From Solobacterium sp. (GTDB lineage Bacteria; Bacillota_I; Bacilli_A; Erysipelotrichales; Erysipelotrichaceae), in contig JABZMB010000001.1 in the NCBI GenBank assembly GCA_015256455.1, positions 45,514 through 109,513 of the forward strand: a DNA stretch of 64,000 bases, written 5' to 3'. Of this stretch, positions 1 to 9,728 are shown in pieces. The notes under the pieces were generated by a model that made no database searches, was not told the origin of the DNA, and saw nothing but the letters and a program-made list of their open reading frames with translations. A program made the position numbers and the translations under genes. The stretch's first letter is position 1. Each line of letters starts with the position of its first letter.

Positions 1-937
1 GAATGTATGTAACACCCATTGGTCCAACAGAGGATTGTGAGATGTTTGACTCTACAATCGATATCTCAAATGGTACAAGTCTTGCCGCATTGATAATCGT
101 TGGCTGCTCTGCATTATTTCCTGTAAAGGATAAACGTAGTAACTTACCACTTGGATATTTCTCTTTTAAGCTCTCCGCCAATTCTTCGATTGTTTGGTTG
201 GCTTCAATATTCTGTACGAATCTTCTTGTGACTGCGTGCTTTGGATGTTCGAACAATTGCTTCACTGTTCCTTCTTCCACAATATTTCCATCACTCATCA
301 CTGCCATTCGTGTACATATCTTTTGAACAACTTCCATCTGGTGTGTAATCATCACGATGGTGATTCCTAAACGCCTATTGATTTCTCTTAATAGTTCAAG
401 AATCTGCTCTGTTGTATCAGGGTCTAGCGCAGAGGTTGCCTCATCACATAGTAGAATTCTTGGCGAATTGGCAAGTGCTCTTGCAATACCAACTCTTTGT
501 TTTTGACCACCTGAGAGTTCACTTGGGTATGCATCTTCTCTTCCTGTTAAGCCTACCATTTCAATTAGCTCAGCTGCTCTTTGTTTTCTTTCTGCTTTAG
601 GAACATGCGCGAACTCTAGAGGAAGTTCAATGTTTTCAGCGACTGTTCTACTCCATAGGAGGTTGAAGTGTTGGAAAATCATACCGATTTGTTGACGTTG
701 TAAACGTAGTTCTTTAGGACTAAGTTCTTTGAAGTTGACACCATTGATGATAACATCACCAGCTGTCTGTACTTCGAGTTGATTGATCAAACGAATTAAC
801 GTACTTTTACCAGCACCGGAATATCCGATGATGCCGTAGATTTCACCATCATTGATGGTGAGTGAAACGTTGTTTACCGCATGGATGTTTTCCTTATTTG
901 CTTTGAATGTTTTCACTATGTTGTATAACTCAATCAT
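1..937 (-). CDS. metN: Methionine ABC transporter ATP-binding protein (MetN-like), 3' end truncated by window edge
   Basis: Minus-strand reading frame with no stop inside the window. Its reverse-complement translation begins [46 protein letters not shown] (Walker A) and continues through [15 protein letters not shown] (ABC signature) and the MetN C-terminal domain. RBS AGGAGG lies upstream of the ATG at 937. The listed + ORF 3..326 is antisense to this gene. Confidence 0.85.
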   Translation of the reverse strand, partial: MIELYNIVKTFKANKENIHAVNNVSLTINDGEIYGIIGYSGAGKSTLIRLINQLEVQTAGDVIINGVNFKELSPKELRLQRQQIGMIFQHFNLLWSRTVAENIELPLEFAHVPKAERKQRAAELIEMVGLTGREDAYPSELSGGQKQRVGIARALANSPRILLCDEATSALDPDTTEQILELLREINRRLGITIVMITHQMEVVQKICTRMAVMSDGNIVEEGTVKQLFEHPKHAVTRRFVQNIEANQTIEELAESLKEKYPSGKLLRLSFTGNNAEQPTIINAARLVPFEISIVESNISQSSVGPMGVTYI

Positions 938-954
938 CGCTGCCTCCTATCTAT

Positions 955-1255
955 ATAAACAAAAATCCCGCACTTACACTTACATGTAAGGACGGGATAT
1001 ATAATCTCGTGTTACCACCTTAGTTTATATGTACTTCACAATACATACCTCATCGAGTACTAACATACTCTATGTCTATAACGGGACATCCCGATACCCC
1101 CTACATTTCGGAAGTACAACTCCAAGACCATCTTCACTAAACCTTCGTATATCCTCTTCTCAGCGCTCGAGGACTCTCTGTGATACTATCTTTCAGCTAC
1201 TCTTCTTATCATCGCCTATGGTTATAGTTTATTTAGAATTTAATAAATGTCAACA
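955..1255 (-). promoter_or_regulatory. T-box leader (tRNA-sensing transcription attenuator) upstream of metN, candidate Met specifier
   Basis: Minus-strand leader contains the AGAGAG GA-motif. It has a T-box-like sequence AACUAAGGUGGUAACACGAG (consensus AAnnnGGGUGGUACCGCG). It ends in an intrinsic terminator AUCCCGUCCUUACAUGUAAGUGUAAGUGCGGGAUUUUU directly 5' of the metN RBS. A candidate specifier AUG sits in GAAAUGUAGGG. A putative promoter TTGACA-16-TAAACT lies at about 1236-1210. Confidence 0.55.
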
Positions 1256-1312
1256 ACTTTTTTGAGATTTTTTTGTAAATTTTGTTTTCTTCCATGAAAA
1301 GTCTGTAAAATA

Positions 1313-2866
1313 TTACATTTTTTGTAATACTACAAACGAACTTGGTCCAATTGTAAGAGTTAGCTCTTCAATAGATGCTTTTCCAATCGTATAGATTGGC
1401 TTATAACCTTGTAGCTCATCAAGAGAAATTGTCTCCTCTAATCCACTTGGATTGATTGCTAGTATCAACTTTCCACGTTTGTATACAAATGGCATCTTCT
1501 CCTTCTCAGCATAAATCACATTGAAGTCTGCATCAGCCTGTAAGTCTGCGTGCTTGTGACGTAATTCCACAAGAGATTTTGTCGTAGAATAGAGGGAATT
1601 TTTATCATTAATTTGATCTGCAACGTTTGGTGCATCTGCTGATGAATCCACGGCTAGATAGAGTTGATGTGCTCCTGCTGTTGAAAAGCCCTTGTTTACG
1701 CTATTATCCCACTGCATTGGTGTGCGTGATCCTGTACGTTGGAAGCCACCTTCTTTGGAACGTATATCCTTCATATAGCGCATACCAATTTCATCACCAT
1801 AGTAGATAAATGGTACTCCTGGCATTGTTAAGATAAATGCATATGCAATCTTTAACTCTTCTGGAGTTAATGTATTAGCCGGACGAGGTGTATCATGGTT
1901 GCATGTAAACATGGAGATATAACCATTCTGCTTTGTTGCCTTGTATTTAGGCATGTAGTCATTTAAGAAACGACAGATATCACCCTTACCACTCTTTAAG
2001 AAGAAGCTATTATCTTCCCCACCTGTTTCATAATCACGTAATAATGTGTTATATCCATTGTGCCAATGATCTAAGTAGAAATCCATGTGGAAGCCACCAC
2101 CATTGATCGCTTGTTGTGGATTGGACCATTCACTGACAAGTGCTGCTTCTGGATACTCTTGATCTAGCATATTACGAACATCTCTCCAGATTTTCGCAGT
2201 CGCTGATTTCTTGTTATCATCATTCTTCACAAGTGAATCTGCCATATCTACACGGAAGCCATCTGCACCATGATCTAGCCAGAAGCGCATCACATCTTTC
2301 ATCGCTTCTTTGGTAGCGATAGCTTCTGGACTATCAACTGCAGACATCCAACTTTCTGTACGATCTAACCAACCATAGTTGAGCGCCGGTTGAGACGCAA
2401 AGAAGTTTAACATATAGGCACCATTTCGATCAGACATACCTGCCATATATGGATGATCTTTAACCCCAACAAAAGCACCATTTGTCCATACATAACGACT
2501 AGAGTATTCATTTTCTTCTGGTTGCTTACTTGCGTTAAACCAAGCATGTTCATCAGATGTATGACCAGGTACTAAATCTAGCAATACTTTGATACCACGC
2601 TTATGTGCTTCTTCAAATAAGCGATATGCGTCTTCATTTGTACCATAACGAGCCGCAACCTTCTTATAATCCCTAACATCATATCCTGCATCCATAAATG
2701 GTGAGTCATACATTGGATTAATCCACAATGCATTACAGCCTAGTTCTTTGATGTAATCTAACTTCTGGATGATACCTTCTAAATCACCGATACCATCTCC
2801 ATTTGTATCATAGAATGACTGTGGATAGATTTCATAAAACACTGCATCTTTTAACCATGTTGGCAT
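1313..2866 (-). CDS. GH13 alpha-glucosidase / oligo-1,6-glucosidase-like (DexB/MalL type)
   Basis: 517 aa. N-terminus is MPTWLKDAVFYEIYPQSFYDTNGDGIGDLEGIIQKLDYIKELGCNALWINP, with GH13 catalytic regions GFRVDMA and EWS. It is the last gene of the maltodextrin transporter operon. Confidence 0.85.
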   Translation of the reverse strand: MPTWLKDAVFYEIYPQSFYDTNGDGIGDLEGIIQKLDYIKELGCNALWINPMYDSPFMDAGYDVRDYKKVAARYGTNEDAYRLFEEAHKRGIKVLLDLVPGHTSDEHAWFNASKQPEENEYSSRYVWTNGAFVGVKDHPYMAGMSDRNGAYMLNFFASQPALNYGWLDRTESWMSAVDSPEAIATKEAMKDVMRFWLDHGADGFRVDMADSLVKNDDNKKSATAKIWRDVRNMLDQEYPEAALVSEWSNPQQAINGGGFHMDFYLDHWHNGYNTLLRDYETGGEDNSFFLKSGKGDICRFLNDYMPKYKATKQNGYISMFTCNHDTPRPANTLTPEELKIAYAFILTMPGVPFIYYGDEIGMRYMKDIRSKEGGFQRTGSRTPMQWDNSVNKGFSTAGAHQLYLAVDSSADAPNVADQINDKNSLYSTTKSLVELRHKHADLQADADFNVIYAEKEKMPFVYKRGKLILAINPSGLEETISLDELQGYKPIYTIGKASIEELTLTIGPSSFVVLQKM

Positions 2867-2869
2867 AAC

Positions 2870-3637
2870 TTATTCTCCTAAAATTTCTAAAATATCCCCT
2901 GAAGTAACAATTTTGTACTGGAAGTTTGGATATTCTTGTTGTAACGTTTCTAATTCTTTTTGAATTACTTTTTCTTTGCGATGTGCTGTATTTAATAATA
3001 TACCAGTTACACCACAAGATGCCGCAACTTGCATATCACTACCAACTTCATTACCAATCATGACACAATCACAAACATTAAGTTTATGGTCATCTAGTAC
3101 TTTTTGCATAAATGCTTTCTCTGGCTTACGGATACCGTAATCAGCAGAGATATACATGTAATCAAAGTATGGAATTAAATCACACATACCCATCTCCACT
3201 AGCGCAAAAGAGCGCTGTGCATTGGATAGTAAGATAATTTGATGCCCTTGTTGCTTTAATGTTTGTAATGTCTTGATGGTATTGAGGTATGGTTTACAAC
3301 GTACTCTTGTCAAACGTCTAAACTCTGTTTCCACAAAGAGTAACCAAGTCTCCATATCTTGGACTCGTAATACTTCTTTGTGCATAGGAGCTTCATCATA
3401 TAAACGTTTGAATACATTTTTAAATTGAATATCAATATATGTATCAGGATGAAGTGCTTCTACACGATCCCACTCTTCTTTATTAAACTTTAAATATGCT
3501 TGTTTAAACTGTTCTGGTGTATAGATAGCACCATAACATGCATACATGTCTGATAGTGCTTTCCACACCTTATGATTATGTAATTCCGTATGAATATCAA
3601 TGAGTGTTCCATACAAGTCAAAGATATATGTTTTCAT
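2870..3637 (-). CDS. HAD-superfamily hydrolase
   Basis: 255 aa. HAD motif I is present at MKTYIFDLYGTLID. There is a 3-nt gap to the downstream GH13 gene, so the two are co-transcribed. Confidence 0.7.
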   Translation of the reverse strand: MKTYIFDLYGTLIDIHTELHNHKVWKALSDMYACYGAIYTPEQFKQAYLKFNKEEWDRVEALHPDTYIDIQFKNVFKRLYDEAPMHKEVLRVQDMETWLLFVETEFRRLTRVRCKPYLNTIKTLQTLKQQGHQIILLSNAQRSFALVEMGMCDLIPYFDYMYISADYGIRKPEKAFMQKVLDDHKLNVCDCVMIGNEVGSDMQVAASCGVTGILLNTAHRKEKVIQKELETLQQEYPNFQYKIVTSGDILEILGE

Positions 3638-3721
3638 GTGGTTCCTCCTGATTCATATCTATCATACTACGTTTTTACAAAGTAAACGGCAGGACCAAAA
3701 GGTTCTACCGTTTTTGTTTTA

Positions 3722-4600
3722 TTATCCTTTAACAGCGCCAGACATTCCTTCAACGTAGAATTTCTGCATGTATACGAATAAGATTGCGATTGGAAGAGAG
3801 ATAATAACCGCACCAGCCGCAAAGCTTGTGTACCATTGGTTAATATATTCCTTCTGTAACATATTCCATAAACCGATTGCGACTGTAAATTGATCTGCGT
3901 TAGCACGAACAATAACTTTCGCAAAGATAAAGTCTACCCATGGAGCGATGAATGAAGTCATAACTGTATAGATAATGATTGGTTTTGATAATGGCATTGT
4001 AATTCTTGTGAACACTTGCCATTGTGTAGCACCATCCATAATCGCTGCTTCATCGACAGAACGTGGAATCGTATCAAAGTAACCCTTGGCAATTTGGAAG
4101 CCTAAACCAGTACCAGCAGAATATACGATGATAAGTGCTAAACGTACTGCAGAACCTTCTGTTAAACCAAGTGCTTTTAAGATATAGTATTCCGCAATCA
4201 TAGCCATAAATCCTGGGAATAAACCAAGAATCATCGCTAAGTTCATATATGGCTTACGTAGCTTGAAACGCATACGAGATAAGCTATATGAAACAGATAA
4301 TACGAAGAATGTTGAAATAATACATGTGAATACCGCGATGATGAGTGTATTTGCAAACATACGTGGGAAGTTTAAGACGTTACGGTCTGTAAATAACTTA
4401 ATGTAGTTTGCAAGTGTATATCCCTTAGGGAAGAATGTACTTACATAGGATCCCTGTTCAGCTCTAAAGCTAGTTAAGATAATCCAGAAAATTGGTAATA
4501 CCCATATCGCTGCTAGCATTGCCAAAAATACATGAACGAAGAAGTTACCAACACGGCTGGATACGCTCTTTTTATTACGTTTTAGTGTATTCGTACTCAT
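3722..4600 (-). CDS. malG: Sugar ABC transporter permease (MalG-like)
   Basis: 292 aa polytopic membrane protein in the MalG family. The EAA-like loop is present. It overlaps the upstream malF-like gene by 1 nt. Confidence 0.85.
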   Translation of the reverse strand: MSTNTLKRNKKSVSSRVGNFFVHVFLAMLAAIWVLPIFWIILTSFRAEQGSYVSTFFPKGYTLANYIKLFTDRNVLNFPRMFANTLIIAVFTCIISTFFVLSVSYSLSRMRFKLRKPYMNLAMILGLFPGFMAMIAEYYILKALGLTEGSAVRLALIIVYSAGTGLGFQIAKGYFDTIPRSVDEAAIMDGATQWQVFTRITMPLSKPIIIYTVMTSFIAPWVDFIFAKVIVRANADQFTVAIGLWNMLQKEYINQWYTSFAAGAVIISLPIAILFVYMQKFYVEGMSGAVKG

Positions 4601-5958
4601 TACATGAACGCCTCCTCATTCTGATAAGACTTCGATCTACGATATGTGATCAATGTGACTGTTGTTAAGATAATGAATGTCAAGATACCGATAACTGCAC
4701 CTAAGTTATAGTACTGTTGATCGATTGTTAACTTGTACAACCATGTTACGAGCAAGTCTGTTTGACCTGCAGTATCTCCAACATATGTTGGTCCACCACC
4801 TGATAAGAGGTAGATAACGTTAAAGTTATTGATATTACCAACAAATGATGTAATCAAATATGGTGTAGTAACAAATAACATGTAAGGAAGTGTAATCTTG
4901 AAGAAGATCTTCACTGGTCCTGCACCATCCATACGAGCTGCTTCATAGAGCTCGCCTGGAATGTTCTGTAAGATACCTGTTACCTGTAACATTGTATATG
5001 GAATACCAATCCATAAGTTGATTACGATAATTGTGATTCTAGCCCACATCGCATCTGTTAAGAATGGTAGTGGTCCACTGATTAATCCATTATTCTGTAG
5101 TAACACGTTGATTGCACCTGATGGTTGTAACATGATATTCATAATCATCAAGGAAATAAACTGTGGTACAGCAATAGACAATACAAAGCAGAAACGCCAG
5201 AATCCTTTTGCCTTTGTTTCCTTACGGTTAATGATCATCGCAAGGATCATACCTGTAATGTAGTTTAAGAATGTCGCAACAAGAGCCCAAACAACTGTCC
5301 AAGCAAGTACATGCCAGAACTGTCTACCTATGTTACCACTGAAGTTTAATACACGCTTAAACTGTGTTAGTCCATTCCAATCGAACAACTGTAAGTGTTC
5401 ATCTTCTTTGGAATAGGATGTAAATGCCATACTGATCATATACACTAATGGCACGATATTGAATACTAAGATACCAACACATGGTAATGTCATCAATGTG
5501 ATATGTAAGTTTCCATCTAATAGAGACTTCAGATCTTCCTTAAAGGTATTGATGTGTTCATTATTTTCTTTCTTTAGTTGTAGTTTGTATGCATGCTTAA
5601 TCTGTAATACCCATAATAGGATAAATCCAGCGATGACGAATAATGCAACAACTCCAAATAAGAGAATAAGTTGTGAGTTATCCCCGGCAGAATATTCAAA
5701 AATTTGTTTTGCTTCATTCCACACTTTACCCTGTGCTTCATCACCAAGTGACGGTAGCAATGTTAAAGCATGAATACCAGAAGTAGCCATATATAAGAAG
5801 AACGCTACTTCTAGAAGGAATATGAGGCAACCTTTAATTTTCTGCCCTTTCAAAAATATACCAAGTCCCATAAATGGGATGGATAGCTTCGTTTGTAAAT
5901 CACCTGATGTTATTGCTTTTAACACTGTGATTTTATCCTGAATCTTTTTATTTTCCAT
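4600..5958 (-). CDS. malF: Sugar ABC transporter permease (MalF-like)
   Basis: 452 aa polytopic membrane protein with the MalF-type EAA motif region EAARMDGAGPVKIFFKITLP. Confidence 0.85.
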   Translation of the reverse strand: MENKKIQDKITVLKAITSGDLQTKLSIPFMGLGIFLKGQKIKGCLIFLLEVAFFLYMATSGIHALTLLPSLGDEAQGKVWNEAKQIFEYSAGDNSQLILLFGVVALFVIAGFILLWVLQIKHAYKLQLKKENNEHINTFKEDLKSLLDGNLHITLMTLPCVGILVFNIVPLVYMISMAFTSYSKEDEHLQLFDWNGLTQFKRVLNFSGNIGRQFWHVLAWTVVWALVATFLNYITGMILAMIINRKETKAKGFWRFCFVLSIAVPQFISLMIMNIMLQPSGAINVLLQNNGLISGPLPFLTDAMWARITIIVINLWIGIPYTMLQVTGILQNIPGELYEAARMDGAGPVKIFFKITLPYMLFVTTPYLITSFVGNINNFNVIYLLSGGGPTYVGDTAGQTDLLVTWLYKLTIDQQYYNLGAVIGILTFIILTTVTLITYRRSKSYQNEEAFM

Positions 5959-6041
5959 ACGATTACCTCAATTCTATAAACGAAGAAGAATGCGGTTAAA
6001 ATAAGTATCTCAACCACATTCTTTTAATCAGTAATGCAATA

Positions 6042-7277
6042 TTATTGAACGGAAGCAGTGTTCATTGCCTTGTTCATGCTCTCTGTCTTTTCAGCAGCAT
6101 TTTCGTGTGTTACTGTACCGGCAACGATTTCCTTACCCATTGATTCTGCTGGTGTCCAATATTGAGCCATGCCTGACTGTAGTGGCTGTACAATTGAAGC
6201 AAAGTCCATTGTATCCATCTGTGCCTTAGCCAATGCATCAGAAACTTTCAATGATGTATCTGTAGGAATGATATTACGTAAGTCGTAGTGAGCTTGTTGA
6301 GCCTTTGCACTACCTAAGAATGAAGCTAATGCAACTGCAACTTCTGGATTCTTACTTGTTGGGTTAACACCAATAGCCTTAGAACCTGCGAATGCCTTTA
6401 ACTGAACTTCCTTACCATTTAATGTGTACTTAGGAGGAGCTACGATACCAACGTTTTCTTCACCTAAAGCTTCAACAACTGCCTTGTAATCCCAAGTACC
6501 TGAGAATAATGCATTGATTGTACCATCAGCTAATGTGCTTGGTGTTAAACCAGCCGCATCCTTGAAGTTAGGATTCTGAACTAAGTCAACTAAGTAATTT
6601 GTAACTGCTGTACCCTTTTCACCACCGAAATCGATACCAGCTTTAGCATCTGCTCCATTTTCACCGAATAATGTGCATCCGTTAGCTGCATAGAATGCTT
6701 GAATATACCAAGAGTTAGAGAGTGGGAAACCAACCTTACCCTTTGTAAGCATTGTATCTAAGTTCTTAACATCATCTTCAGAGAAGACGCGCTTGTCATA
6801 GTACATGAACCATGTGTTTGCTGTAAATGGAACACCATATACAGAGTTTTCATAAGTTACTGTATCAACAGTAATGTCACTGTTGTTCTTCTTGATTGCT
6901 TCTACTGCAGATCCACCTAATTCAGCGATAGCGTTAGCCTTTAATAAATCTGGGATCTGGTCGTTTGCGAACATGTAAACGTCAGCTGCTGCTGATGGGT
7001 CAGCTGCTACTAATGTCTTCGCATCACCTTCAGGACATACGCCTGTGTTGAATGTTAACTTCCATTCTGGGTGAGCTTCCTGGAAAGCATCTAATTGCTT
7101 CTTGAGCCAGTTGCCCTGTTCTTCTGATTGATCTTCAGATGGTGTCCACACTGTAAGTGTAACTTCCTTAGAATCTGAAGCTGTTGTGTTTGATTCCTTC
7201 TTGCTGCCGCATCCTGCTAATACAGAGATACCCATTAAAGCAGCTAAACCAAGTGATGCTAACTTTGTACTTTTCAT
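6042..7277 (-). CDS. malE: Maltose/maltodextrin ABC transporter substrate-binding lipoprotein (MalE-like)
   Basis: 411 aa. Lipoprotein signal with lipobox LAGCGS. It belongs to the family-1 solute-binding protein group. Confidence 0.85.
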   Translation of the reverse strand: MKSTKLASLGLAALMGISVLAGCGSKKESNTTASDSKEVTLTVWTPSEDQSEEQGNWLKKQLDAFQEAHPEWKLTFNTGVCPEGDAKTLVAADPSAAADVYMFANDQIPDLLKANAIAELGGSAVEAIKKNNSDITVDTVTYENSVYGVPFTANTWFMYYDKRVFSEDDVKNLDTMLTKGKVGFPLSNSWYIQAFYAANGCTLFGENGADAKAGIDFGGEKGTAVTNYLVDLVQNPNFKDAAGLTPSTLADGTINALFSGTWDYKAVVEALGEENVGIVAPPKYTLNGKEVQLKAFAGSKAIGVNPTSKNPEVAVALASFLGSAKAQQAHYDLRNIIPTDTSLKVSDALAKAQMDTMDFASIVQPLQSGMAQYWTPAESMGKEIVAGTVTHENAAEKTESMNKAMNTASVQ

Positions 7278-7305
7278 GTTATCCTCCCGAAAAAGTTTAT
7301 ATATT

Positions 7306-7331
7306 TGTAAACGTTACTGGAAACGTTTACA
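7306..7331. promoter_or_regulatory. LacI/MalR-type operator palindrome upstream of malE
   Basis: TGTAAACGTTactggAAACGTTTACA is a perfect inverted repeat around AAACGTTT cores. It lies in the malE 5' region. Confidence 0.5.
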
Positions 7332-7396
7332 ATCCTATAGTTTTATTTTATGCAAAGCGCTTTCAAATTTCAATATCTTTTTATGAAATTTTGAAA

Positions 7397-8575
7397 TTAA
7401 TACTCTAAATTCTGGTGAGACTCTCTACCAAAGATGTGCATTACATTACCACCGAATGTAAAGTTGATCTTATCGCCGATCTTAAATGTCTTACCACCGA
7501 GGTCTAATGTTGGAACGATGATAATGCTATCCTTACCGCATGCATTTACGTGTATGTGGATTGCAGATCCCATCATTTCGCTTACATCAACTGTACCTTC
7601 GATTGACTTTCCACTTTCACCACCAAGTGAGATATGTTCTGGACGAACACCTACTGTAATTGGCTGTGGTTGTACATTCTTTTCAGCTAAGATGGCTTGC
7701 TTCTCTTCAGAAACTTCCATCACAGCATTCTCTATCTTCACGCAGTACTTACCAGCTTCATTCTTTAAAAGTTCACCACTGTAGAAGTTCATCTGTGGCA
7801 TACCGATAAAGCCTGCTACGAACTCATTGATTGGATGATCGAATAACTGCTGTGGTGTTCCTACCTGTTGGATAACACCATCCTTCATAATAACGATACG
7901 ATCACCTAGTGTCATTGCTTCTGTCTGGTCGTGTGTTACATAGATAAATGTTGCCTTAATCTTCTGTCTTAGCTTGATGATTTCAGCACGCATCTGGTTT
8001 CTTAATTTTGCGTCTAGGTTAGAGAGCGGTTCATCCATCAAGAGTAACTTTGGATCACGAACAATCGCACGTCCAATTGCAACACGCTGTCTTTGTCCAC
8101 CAGATAAAGCCTTAGGCTTACGGTCAAGATATGGTGTTAAGTCTAGGATTTCAGCTGCTTCTTCAACCTTTACCTTGATTTCATCAGCTGGAACTTTGTG
8201 CATCTTGAGTGGGAATTCAAGATTCTGACGAACACTCATATGTGGATATAGCGCATAGTTCTGGAAAACCATCGCAATATCACGATCCTTAGGAGAAACG
8301 TTGTTCATTAACTTTCCATCAATAAATAATTCTCCACGTGTAATGTCTTCTAATCCTGCAACCATTCGTAATGTTGTAGATTTACCACAACCAGAAGGAC
8401 CTACTAATACAACGAATTCTTCATCGCCGATTTCTAAGTTGAAATCATCAACCGCAACCACACCTTCATCTGTGATCTTTAGGTTCGTTTTCTTTACTTC
8501 GCCCTTCTTTTTCTTTTTTACCTCAACACTATTTGGGTAAATTTTTTGGACATGCTTTAGACTTACTGTTGCCAT
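7397..8575 (-). CDS. msmK: Sugar ABC transporter ATP-binding protein (MsmK/MalK-type)
   Basis: Walker A GPSGCGKST, signature LSGGQRQR, and a C-terminal TOBE/MalK regulatory domain. The true start is taken as MATVSLKHV, which is preceded by a GGAGG RBS. The longer ORF would overlap malR. A Lys-rich insertion follows the N-terminus. Confidence 0.85.
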   Translation of the reverse strand: MATVSLKHVQKIYPNSVEVKKKKKGEVKKTNLKITDEGVVAVDDFNLEIGDEEFVVLVGPSGCGKSTTLRMVAGLEDITRGELFIDGKLMNNVSPKDRDIAMVFQNYALYPHMSVRQNLEFPLKMHKVPADEIKVKVEEAAEILDLTPYLDRKPKALSGGQRQRVAIGRAIVRDPKLLLMDEPLSNLDAKLRNQMRAEIIKLRQKIKATFIYVTHDQTEAMTLGDRIVIMKDGVIQQVGTPQQLFDHPINEFVAGFIGMPQMNFYSGELLKNEAGKYCVKIENAVMEVSEEKQAILAEKNVQPQPITVGVRPEHISLGGESGKSIEGTVDVSEMMGSAIHIHVNACGKDSIIIVPTLDLGGKTFKIGDKINFTFGGNVMHIFGRESHQNLEY

Positions 8576-8576
8576 C

Positions 8577-9608
8577 TTACTTTTCCTCCACTGGTTTTTT
8601 GATACTAACACTTTCTCCCGCCAATACATGGAATGGAATAATTTCATGTATTACAGGTTTATTGTAATTCAATCTTAATAACAAGTCATCTACACTGCGT
8701 TTTGCAAGTTGCACCGCATCTTGTTCGACGGTAGCTAAACGTGGTGTTGTATACCTTGCAAAGTCGATCCCATCGTTACCAATAATCGATATATCTTTTG
8801 GAACATTTAACCTACGGTCGTTGATTGCTCGTAGTGCACCAATTGCCACAACGTCACTAACTGCGTAGATTGCGGTAACTTCCGGATAGCGGTCCAATAA
8901 CTTGATTGTTCCATTATATCCATCCTCAAGTGAGAACTTGCCTGGCACAAATTGCTTACGTTTATCAAATGGTATCTTGTTTTCTTTAAACGCTGCAATT
9001 GCACTTTCTACACGTGTGGAACCAATTGATCCATCCTCAGAGACAGCAGATCCGCATACAATGCCAACCTTTCTGTGTCCTGATCGGATTAAGTATTCCG
9101 CTGCTGCACGTGCAGCTTCTCTATCATCTGTCGTGAAACTGGAGAGATTACTAAACTTCATCCCTGCTGCGCTTTCTGAACATAATACACATGGCACTTT
9201 AACACTCGTAAATGATTCACGGAAGTACTTTTGATTTCCACCCAAGAAGATAAAGCCCTTTGGTTTCTTCTCACTGCATATACGTATTGCCACTTCAACT
9301 TCGTTTTCAAGTTCATCCAAGTAGACAACGGAGACATCTTCCCCACTTTCCTGCAGATAACTTTGCATCTTTTCGACAATGATACTAAAGAAGGCATTGT
9401 GCAATCCCTTGATCAAAATCGTAATTGCGGATGCTGCAGATTGCTTTAAAAGTTTCGCATTTGAGTTTGGCTCAAACTTTTCGTCCTTGATTACCTTTTC
9501 AATTTTTTTCTTTGCTATTGCACTAACATCTGGATGGTTATTTATAACTCTGGAAACTGTACCAATGCTATACCCCGATATACGTGCAATATCTTTTATT
9601 GTCGTCAT
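8577..9608 (-). CDS. malR: LacI-family transcriptional regulator (MalR-like)
   Basis: 343 aa. N-terminal HTH is MTTIKDIARISGYSIGTVSRVINNHP. A periplasmic-binding-protein-like sugar-binding core follows. Confidence 0.85.
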   Translation of the reverse strand: MTTIKDIARISGYSIGTVSRVINNHPDVSAIAKKKIEKVIKDEKFEPNSNAKLLKQSAASAITILIKGLHNAFFSIIVEKMQSYLQESGEDVSVVYLDELENEVEVAIRICSEKKPKGFIFLGGNQKYFRESFTSVKVPCVLCSESAAGMKFSNLSSFTTDDREAARAAAEYLIRSGHRKVGIVCGSAVSEDGSIGSTRVESAIAAFKENKIPFDKRKQFVPGKFSLEDGYNGTIKLLDRYPEVTAIYAVSDVVAIGALRAINDRRLNVPKDISIIGNDGIDFARYTTPRLATVEQDAVQLAKRSVDDLLLRLNYNKPVIHEIIPFHVLAGESVSIKKPVEEK

Positions 9609-9626
9609 TCAAACCCCTTTATACTC

Positions 9627-9651
9627 GTAACCGTTTACGGAAACGTTTACA
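9627..9651. promoter_or_regulatory. Candidate MalR operator(s) in malR leader
   Basis: CGTAACCGTTTACGGAAACGTTTACA resembles the malE operator. An additional half-site GCGTTTACA lies at about 9674-9682. Confidence 0.4.
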
Positions 9652-9728
9652 GGATACATCAAAATAATATGTTAGCGTTTACAAAGTGTCAAGAGAAAAA
9701 ACCTTCTTTCGAAGGTTTTTCAACTAGT

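Noticed and set aside
3-326. 107-aa + strand ORF at the window start
   Set aside because: It is antisense to the clearly coding MetN ABC ATPase frame, which has Walker A and the ABC signature. It has no RBS.
7184-7408. Two ~70-aa + ORFs in the malE/msmK junction
   Set aside because: They overlap the malE 5' end and signal peptide and the operator region, and have no RBS.
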